From a virus (Duplodnaviria; Caudoviricetes): a stretch of 62,151 nucleotides of DNA. The translations under genes were made by a program, and so were the position numbers. Shown here in pieces: positions 56,184 through 62,151 of this stretch; the stretch's first letter is position 1, and each line of letters begins with the position of its first letter. The notes beneath the pieces are model-generated. The model had not been told where the DNA came from. It worked only from the letters and a program-made list of their open reading frames with translations, and did not search any database. The DNA lies in IMG/VR virus record IMGVR_UViG_3300049203_000084, positions 1 to 62,151 of that record; one strand, given 5' to 3'.

Positions 56184-56923
56184 TCAGCGTCCTTCTCCAC
56201 CGCGATGGAGAACAGGTTGTTGGCGAACGTCAGCTGGTTCACGAGGTCTTTGATCTTGTTGTACTCGGACTCCAGGTAGAAGTCGTTGATGTCGGCAACT
56301 TCCTCCTGCGTCCAAGTGTGGGTGTCCTCGGCACCGTCGTGCTTGCGGACCACCTTGACGATGGCCGAGGCAATCAGGTCATTGTTGATCGCGTGGGTGC
56401 GCAGCAGGTTCCGCTCGTGGACGGCCACCTCGTAGGCCTCCTCGCCTTCCTCCGTGTTGGGGAAGTTCTTGCGGGCCGGGGGCTTGATGGCCTTGCGCTG
56501 CTTGGAGTCGATGAGCCGCCACTGCGCGGGCGCGAGGCCACGGACGTGGAAGGTCAGCACACTCTCGCGCAGGCGCTCAACGGCCTCGGCCACCTCGCCC
56601 TCCAGGATGGCTGCCTCGTCCGCAGCTGCCTGATAGCCGGGGGCTTCGGTGCCGTCGCCCGCGTAGGGCTCGTCCTCGATGGACTTGCTCTTGGCGTCCT
56701 CAGCCTGCTTCTGCTTGATCCAGCCAGCCTTGATGCTGTCCGCGAGGTAGCGGGCCTTGGCAGCCTCGTTGGCCGTGACGTTCAGCTCGTGTGCCAATGC
56801 TGCGTCCGAGTACACGTCGATGAAGTCCGTGGGGTAGGTGGCTCCGGTGATCGCCTTGCGGGCGTCGAAGGTCTTCTCAGACTTCAGTTCTTCGGCAATT
56901 TCTTTCGCTGCTTCAATGCTCAC
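56165..56923 (-). CDS. Tail assembly chaperone (gpG-like)
   Basis: Between major tail and TMP genes; ends DFLPKH at the slippery site. Confidence 0.8.
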   Translation of the reverse strand: MSIEAAKEIAEELKSEKTFDARKAITGATYPTDFIDVYSDAALAHELNVTANEAAKARYLADSIKAGWIKQKQAEDAKSKSIEDEPYAGDGTEAPGYQAAADEAAILEGEVAEAVERLRESVLTFHVRGLAPAQWRLIDSKQRKAIKPPARKNFPNTEEGEEAYEVAVHERNLLRTHAINNDLIASAIVKVVRKHDGAEDTHTWTQEEVADINDFYLESEYNKIKDLVNQLTFANNLFSIAVEKDADFLPKH

Positions 56924-57189
56924 AGTTCGTCATCCTCATCGTTGTCAGCGGAGCGTTCCAACATGGCCTGAATGATGCTGGCGTCCTGCCGGTTCAGGAG
57001 TTCCTGAAACATCCCGCCCGTCTGCGTCTGCATGGCCCGAGCCACGACGTTGATGGCGTGGAGGCCATTGCCCTCGGGGTAGACGATGAAAACCTCGACC
57101 GGAAGCTGGATTCCGTTCTTCATCGTGGCATTGAGGTCAAAGCTGATTTCGCTACGCCCCTCGGGAACTTCAATCGTGGACTGTGGCAC
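56920..57189 (-). CDS. Hypothetical protein
   Basis: AGGAG RBS, GTG start. Confidence 0.6.
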   Translation of the reverse strand: MPQSTIEVPEGRSEISFDLNATMKNGIQLPVEVFIVYPEGNGLHAINVVARAMQTQTGGMFQELLNRQDASIIQAMLERSADNDEDDEL

Positions 57190-57270
57190 TTTTTGCTCCT
57201 AATAGAAATGGCTCCAGCATCTGTCTTTAGATGCTGGAGCCATACTATCAAACTACCTAGTAAGCACTGC

Positions 57271-57792
57271 CTAGACGACAGTGACGTTGGGGTACGCCTC
57301 GCCCTGCGGCAGGAACTCGACCTCAACGAGGATCGGGTTTCCGGCGTCACCCTCGACGGTGCGGGGGTAGTCGCTCTTGACCCGGAAGGTGGAGACCTTG
57401 TGGCCAGCTGCGTAAGCAACCGAGGCCTTGCGTCCATAGCGGGTGACCAGCCAGCCCTCGACGTAGGGAACCTTGAACAGGTTCACTGCCGTGGTGAACG
57501 CGGTGGCGTTCTCGGGAGCGTCCTGTGTGCCGGAGCCCAGCTCGTCCTTGAACAGCGAGAACTTGGCCTCGTAGTTCTTCAGCGTCGGGGTCTCGACGTT
57601 GCCCTCGTCCTCGACCGTCTTGGAGTTGTCCGTGTCCGAGTCGTTGAACTTGATCGTGTAGCCGGTGGTGATGGCTGCCGAGATGCGCGTGCCAGCGTTC
57701 AGCTGGGCTGCGGTGGGGGAGGAACCGCTGGGCAGGCCTGCCAGGGGAATCCAGTCGATACGGGTGTTGGGGTTGACCATCTTGTGCGACAT
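57271..57792 (-). CDS. Major tail protein, paralog 2
   Basis: PNTRIDW..PTAAQLNAGT.IS.AI..GY..NVETP..NYE..FLPQG. Confidence 0.85.
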   Translation of the reverse strand: MSHKMVNPNTRIDWIPLAGLPSGSSPTAAQLNAGTRISAAITTGYTIKFNDSDTDNSKTVEDEGNVETPTLKNYEAKFSLFKDELGSGTQDAPENATAFTTAVNLFKVPYVEGWLVTRYGRKASVAYAAGHKVSTFRVKSDYPRTVEGDAGNPILVEVEFLPQGEAYPNVTVV

Positions 57793-57802
57793 GTCAGGCT
57801 CC

Positions 57803-58297
57803 TTATGCCACTACGGCAACGTCGAGTTCCATGCGGCCCTGCGGCAGGAACTTGGTGGAAAATTCGATCAGGTCGTCATCAATGACATCCTGGGGGAAGT
57901 CGCTGATGAACTTGAAGCTGTCCACCTTGTGGCCGATTTCGATGGCCACGGTGTTGCGGTAGCCGGTGCGGCGGACAAGGTAGCCGGACTTGCGGACAGT
58001 GCCGAAGAAGGCAAACGCGCGGGCGTAAGCGGAGGTGTTGTCCGCCAGATCGCCTTCACGGAAGAACGTCAGGTTGCCCTCGTAGTTGTAGCGCACGGGG
58101 GTCTCAACGTTCGCATCCTCGCAGATGGACTTCTTGTTGTTGGTGTCCGACTTGGTGGGGTTCAGGCTGTAGCCTGCCTCGATGGCGCACGAGATGTTCG
58201 TGGCATCGGAGAACAGGGCCGCGCTCGGAGCCTCGGGATCGTAGGAGTCATCCTCGATCCAGTCAATACGGGTGTTGGGGGACATCAATTTGCCCAT
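57803..58297 (-). CDS. Major tail protein, paralog 1
   Basis: Shares PNTRIDWI, NVETP..NYE and FLPQG with its neighbour. Confidence 0.85.
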   Translation of the reverse strand: MGKLMSPNTRIDWIEDDSYDPEAPSAALFSDATNISCAIEAGYSLNPTKSDTNNKKSICEDANVETPVRYNYEGNLTFFREGDLADNTSAYARAFAFFGTVRKSGYLVRRTGYRNTVAIEIGHKVDSFKFISDFPQDVIDDDLIEFSTKFLPQGRMELDVAVVA

Positions 58298-58528
58298 TTA
58301 CTTGCCACCTTCCTTGTTTGCCGCGACAGGCTTGGCGACAGCCTTGGGCTTGGGAGCCGGGGTAATGGTTGCCCCGAACATTTTGCGTTCCTTGCCTCGC
58401 TGGCGCTCAGCAATCTCAGCGTCATTGAGTTCCCGGAAATCCGGGTAAATGGTCAGATAGCTGCGCGGAATGACCTGCACGAGTTTGGTCTTCTCATGCA
58501 CCGCAGTCACGGTTTTGCTTTCAGACAC
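58298..58528 (-). CDS. Hypothetical protein
   Basis: GGAG RBS; between tail terminator and major tail genes. Confidence 0.6.
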   Translation of the reverse strand: MSESKTVTAVHEKTKLVQVIPRSYLTIYPDFRELNDAEIAERQRGKERKMFGATITPAPKPKAVAKPVAANKEGGK

Positions 58529-58582
58529 GTTTACTCCAATCCTTTATTCCAATTGTACCGGAATAGAGAATTAGGCCTTTTG

Positions 58583-59011
58583 TCAAGCGTTTATCAGGTA
58601 GCGGTACGACTGCACCGCTGAAAGCCTTGTCGGCTGGCCGAGAGATGAAATCTGTCCGACGCCTGCGAAAAAGGCCGGACGCACCTGCCCGCAATGCGTG
58701 GGGGTGAACCCCAGCAGCTTCCCGAGCGCAATTCCATTCAGCTGGCGGGCCGCGTCATCGTCACCGGCAATGGCGTGTGTGGAGACACCCTGGAGGAAGG
58801 AATCGTCCTGCGCTCCTGTAATTCCGTTGACGCCCTTGGACGGTTCGGTGAGCCCTGCAAAGTTCACCACGAGGTGCGGCTTGACCTTGCCGGTGGGCGT
58901 CATTGGGATCGCCTCTCCGTCCGGCACACTGCCCTCGAACACCTCGACGTGGGGGATGGTGCGCAGGTGCGCGATGATTTCCTGCTGGGAGGGGTATGGG
59001 TTGACTGTCAT
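58583..59011 (-). CDS. Tail terminator-like protein
   Basis: Synteny and size; VFEGSVP..KPHLVV. Confidence 0.6.
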   Translation of the reverse strand: MTVNPYPSQQEIIAHLRTIPHVEVFEGSVPDGEAIPMTPTGKVKPHLVVNFAGLTEPSKGVNGITGAQDDSFLQGVSTHAIAGDDDAARQLNGIALGKLLGFTPTHCGQVRPAFFAGVGQISSLGQPTRLSAVQSYRYLINA

Positions 59012-59424
59012 AGCGTTTTGATTCCCCATCGGGTCAGAGTTTTCAGGACTTCGGTGTGTCCGGCCATGAGAGCGTTCATGGGGGTAACAATCCTTCCGTC
59101 ATCCATCACGCCACCGTGCTCCTGGATCAGGAAGTAGAGCTTCTGTGCATCCACCCAGCCCACCCGGATGGTGGTGAGTGTGCCCTTGGTCTTCATGTCG
59201 GAGGACACGGATCGCCGCATCTCAAACGTCCAGTTACGGTTGTCCTTGGGCTCTGCGGACAACGAGGACTCGGTGGTGTCGATGATGTGCCGTATCATCT
59301 CCTGCCCCGCGATGGCTGCCTCCAGCGCCGCTTCCTGAACGTCGGCCTTCATGTTCCGCTCCCCCTGCATCAGGTGCTGGAACAGGCCTTGGGTCAGGGC
59401 CTTATGCCCGGTGACCCCGGCCAT
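59008..59424 (-). CDS. Neck/tail completion protein (HK97 gp10-like)
   Basis: Synteny; YFLIQEHG motif. Confidence 0.6.
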   Translation of the reverse strand: MAGVTGHKALTQGLFQHLMQGERNMKADVQEAALEAAIAGQEMIRHIIDTTESSLSAEPKDNRNWTFEMRRSVSSDMKTKGTLTTIRVGWVDAQKLYFLIQEHGGVMDDGRIVTPMNALMAGHTEVLKTLTRWGIKTL

Positions 59425-59876
59425 TACGCACCGTCCTGCTTGGAGTTGAAGCCGCAGTAGAGCGTGTGTGCCCAGTCCTCGGACGCACCGGCCCAGCCGC
59501 GCACGAACAGCTTCTCGCCCTCCATCATCGGATTCGAGCACACGAGCACGGTGAGCAGATCGTTGGACTGCCAGCGCAGGTTCTCCGGGGTGGCCTCGTT
59601 GAGTTCCGGTGCCAGCGGCAGCATCGCCTGCATCATCTGGTTGTCCGCCGAGTCGGAGACGAACTCCCGGCGCGTGGGGCGGGCGATGCGGTCCAGGTCA
59701 GCAGGCCCGAGGTACAGCAGTTCGGTCTCCCCGCCGTCGTAGTCGCCCGTGGCGGAGTTCCACTTGCCCTCGGAGATGACGCGCTCGACCTTCACGCGGG
59801 CTGTCATAGCTGTGGAGAGAACCGGCGCGTGGAAGGCTGCCCAGCCGTCAGGGAAGACCGAGGTGCCTAGTGCCAC
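59424..59876 (-). CDS. Head-to-tail stopper
   Basis: Synteny; WNSATG.Y..LYLGPA. Confidence 0.6.
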   Translation of the reverse strand: MALGTSVFPDGWAAFHAPVLSTAMTARVKVERVISEGKWNSATGDYDGGETELLYLGPADLDRIARPTRREFVSDSADNQMMQAMLPLAPELNEATPENLRWQSNDLLTVLVCSNPMMEGEKLFVRGWAGASEDWAHTLYCGFNSKQDGA

Positions 59877-60301
59877 AGCACACCACCGTTGTTGGCCTCG
59901 AAGACATCGAAGGGCGTCACGGGGTCAGCGAAGTCCACGATGGCGAACGTCCCATCGGCAGCCTCGCCGGATTCCTCGACGGCCTTGCCGCGCGCCCGGT
60001 AGTCCTGCGCGAGCAGCCGGAGGGCGTTGGCCACAGCGGGGCCGTCCGTCTGCAGATTCTCCTTGCGGATTTTCTTGGAGACCAGCGCATCATTTGCCGC
60101 AAATGCGGTCAGCGCGTCGGCTGCGGCGAAATAGATATTGTCCCCGGCAATTGTCAGGAAGCCGCCGAGAAATTCGTCCGAGTAGTAAAACTCGGGCTCG
60201 GCAGCGGGGTTTAGCGGATCGTTCCGCAGCTGTGAGTCGGAAATGAGCAGGCGCAATTGCCCGACCGGGGTATTGGGGTCCAGGGGATTCACGTCAGCCA
60301 T
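59867..60301 (-). CDS. Head-to-tail adaptor
   Basis: TPVGQLRLLISD..YSDE..AAADAL; probably leaderless (TAGAAT at 60308-60313). Confidence 0.75.
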   Translation of the reverse strand: MADVNPLDPNTPVGQLRLLISDSQLRNDPLNPAAEPEFYYSDEFLGGFLTIAGDNIYFAAADALTAFAANDALVSKKIRKENLQTDGPAVANALRLLAQDYRARGKAVEESGEAADGTFAIVDFADPVTPFDVFEANNGGVLWH

Positions 60302-60330
60302 ATGTCAATTCTACCGGAGCGGCTTTTTGA

Positions 60331-60413
60331 CAAAGAAAACCCCCGGCGATTCTCGGGGAGCAACCGAGGGGCCGGGGGTTTTCACCACACACTACAGGAG
60401 GAGTAGCACCACA
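60331..60413 (-). ncRNA. Candidate ~83-nt sRNA with anti-Shine-Dalgarno loops
   Basis: Own -10-like TATCCT (60419-60424) after the MCP terminator; hairpin CTAC-TCCTCCT-GTAG; GTGTGTGGTG tract; terminator with TTGCTCC loop and U-tail. Confidence 0.6.
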
Positions 60414-60453
60414 CAAATAGGATACAGCATTTTGTTTTTGGCCGGAAATGGCA

Positions 60454-60488
60454 GAAGCCCCTCCGGGAAATTCACCGGAGGGGCTTCT
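60454..60488 (-). terminator. Hairpin after MCP allele B
   Basis: AGAAGCCCCTCCGG...CCGGAGGGGCTTCT. Confidence 0.65.
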
Positions 60489-60497
60489 TAGTTCAGA

Positions 60498-61658
60498 CTA
60501 CGGAGTGTTGAACTGCGACGGGGCCGCAGCGCCGTTGCCCTTGGAAGCCAGGAGGCCCTGACCGTTGATGAACGCACCGGCCACAACGTGGCGCACCCGG
60601 TACTCGGCGGTGTCGTTCAGCAGCGAGCCGGAGGTTCCGGGAACCTGACCGCCACCGAGGTAGTTGCCGCCGCCACCGGAGATGCGCAGCTCGGGAGCCT
60701 CGTGGTTCTGCAGGAAGGCCACACCCAGTGCGTCACGGGTGCCGTCCTTGCCGCCGTCCGGCACCAAGTACCAAGTGGTGTCGGCGGTTGCGGACTGGTC
60801 GATGTCGGTCAGCCAGTCGGTTGCCGTCAGGGCCACGTCGGAGTTGGAGGTTCCGGCCTTGACCTTGCGGGTGCCCTCGGTGACTTCCAGCTCGCGGATG
60901 GAGAGGATGTACTCGGCCTGATCCTTCATGGCGGTGGGGACCAGCAGGCGGAACTTGGGAACCGTCACGCGGCGTCCATTGACCTTGCGGTTGCGAATGG
61001 CCTTCTTGGCGAGAACCAGCGCGTCGAGGGACAGCGGGTGCTCGGCGGTGAACAGGCTGTCGCCGGTGTTCAGGTTGCCGTGGTCAGCGTGGAAGGTTAC
61101 CGCGTTGGGGCCAGCGGTGCCTGCCAGGATGCCGTAGGCTTCCGTGTCCTCGGTGTTGGCCGCGAGGTCGAGCATCTTGCCGGGGATGGACTTGATGAGC
61201 TGCCACTCATCGTTGATGACCATTTCCCAGGTGAACGGGAACCGCGCACCTTCCTTGTAGAGCATGATGCCCGACGCGGACGTGGTGAAGCCGAAGGAGG
61301 GGTACTCCGTGCCTTCCGGGATACGCGGGAGGGAGTTCGGCTTGGTCTTGGCCCCGCCGTTCTCGTCCAGGTTCACGTCATCGTCAAGCGTCAGCTCGCG
61401 GAACCACTGCGGCTTGAAGTCGTTGAACTTCAGCTCGACAGCGAAGTCACGCCAGGACTGCGTGCGCTCCTTGTACTGAGCCTGCAGCTTCTGGGAGACA
61501 CCGATGGCGAAAGCGCCCGCGAGGTCAGAGCTGGAGAAGGATTCGGTGATGTACGCAGTGCCATCAACGAGGGCCTTGATGCGGCCCTGTGCAGCGCGGT
61601 CACCTTCAAGTGCGAAGCCGAGAATCTTTCCGGCTTCCTCGATGGTCTGGATAGTCAT
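60498..61658 (-). CDS. Major capsid protein, allele B
   Basis: 386 aa, collinear with 148-1308; 45 of the first 60 aa identical. Confidence 0.88.
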   Translation of the reverse strand: MTIQTIEEAGKILGFALEGDRAAQGRIKALVDGTAYITESFSSSDLAGAFAIGVSQKLQAQYKERTQSWRDFAVELKFNDFKPQWFRELTLDDDVNLDENGGAKTKPNSLPRIPEGTEYPSFGFTTSASGIMLYKEGARFPFTWEMVINDEWQLIKSIPGKMLDLAANTEDTEAYGILAGTAGPNAVTFHADHGNLNTGDSLFTAEHPLSLDALVLAKKAIRNRKVNGRRVTVPKFRLLVPTAMKDQAEYILSIRELEVTEGTRKVKAGTSNSDVALTATDWLTDIDQSATADTTWYLVPDGGKDGTRDALGVAFLQNHEAPELRISGGGGNYLGGGQVPGTSGSLLNDTAEYRVRHVVAGAFINGQGLLASKGNGAAAPSQFNTP

Positions 61659-61669
61659 GTCAGCCTTCC

Positions 61670-62092
61670 TTATGCTGCGTCAGCGACAATGCCGCCGTTG
61701 AGGATTTTGACCAGCACATCGGCTACCGGGGCGGTCTTGGAACGGAGGGCCACACCGAACAGCTTGGTGCCTGCTGCGGCGGTGGAGGTCAGGGTGTTGT
61801 CGGACACCTTGATGTAGACCGGAGCGCCTACCGTGGTTGCGCCCGTGACCGGCAGGTTCGCAGAACCCTTCAGTGCGCAGGAGGCGAAACCGGGCTCGTT
61901 GCTGGATGCCGAGCCGGAAGGCTGGGTCAGGGTTGCACCGGCACCAAGGGTGATGGTCTTACCCACGGACCCTTCATCGGTGACAGTGACTACGTTGAGG
62001 ACACCAATGCGCAGAGCTTTGCCCGCGAGTGTGCCGGAGGGTACGGGAAGGGACAGGTAATCCGCTTCCTTGAAGACAAAGTTCTTTGCCAT
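61670..62092 (-). CDS. Capsid decoration protein, allele B
   Basis: 140 aa, collinear with 1320-1742. Confidence 0.75.
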   Translation of the reverse strand: MAKNFVFKEADYLSLPVPSGTLAGKALRIGVLNVVTVTDEGSVGKTITLGAGATLTQPSGSASSNEPGFASCALKGSANLPVTGATTVGAPVYIKVSDNTLTSTAAAGTKLFGVALRSKTAPVADVLVKILNGGIVADAA

Positions 62093-62151
62093 TGTTCAGC
62101 CTTTCATAGCCGCTGCTGCTATTTATCAGTATACGGCATTGGAAATAAACA

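Noticed and set aside
60498-62092. Diversity-generating retroelement or invertase shufflon behind the two capsid versions
   Set aside because: No reverse transcriptase, differences are not adenine-specific, copies are in direct orientation, and there are no recombinase-type inverted sites.

Overview
This window is an essentially complete, roughly 60.35-kb genome of a high-GC, long-tailed actinobacterial phage. The WhiB gene and the endolysin architecture suggest an Arthrobacter/Micrococcaceae-like host (inference). The contig wraps around once. Bases 1-98 are identical to 60356-60453 and bases 1705-1801 are identical to 62055-62151, but the enclosed major-capsid plus decoration cassette occurs as two divergent alleles (45 of the first 60 MCP residues identical). 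The minus strand carries the terminase, portal, protease/scaffold, capsid, head-tail, two major tail proteins, tail chaperones with a -1 frameshift, tape measure, minor tails, lysis genes, a phosphoesterase and a ParB-like gene. The plus strand carries the helicase, MazG, WhiB, Cas4-like nuclease, AAA ATPase, SSB, primase, dNMP kinase, PolA, RuvC-like resolvase and HAD phosphatase. A large serine integrase has an intact attP-like 50-bp inverted repeat over its stop codon. A compositionally distinct block at about 14.1-19.5 kb, with two perfect DnaA boxes, looks like a terminal or first-injected region. The most unusual signals are non-coding: (i) a predicted ~83-nt sRNA after the capsid gene whose single-stranded parts are complementary to the conserved CACCACAC...AGGAGCA(A/C) leader/RBS of many early and middle genes, and (ii) four tRNA-like elements with intact acceptor and T arms but missing or aberrant anticodon arms, three of them in a structured-RNA operon divergent from the integrase. 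All product calls come from motif recognition and synteny; no database searches were run.
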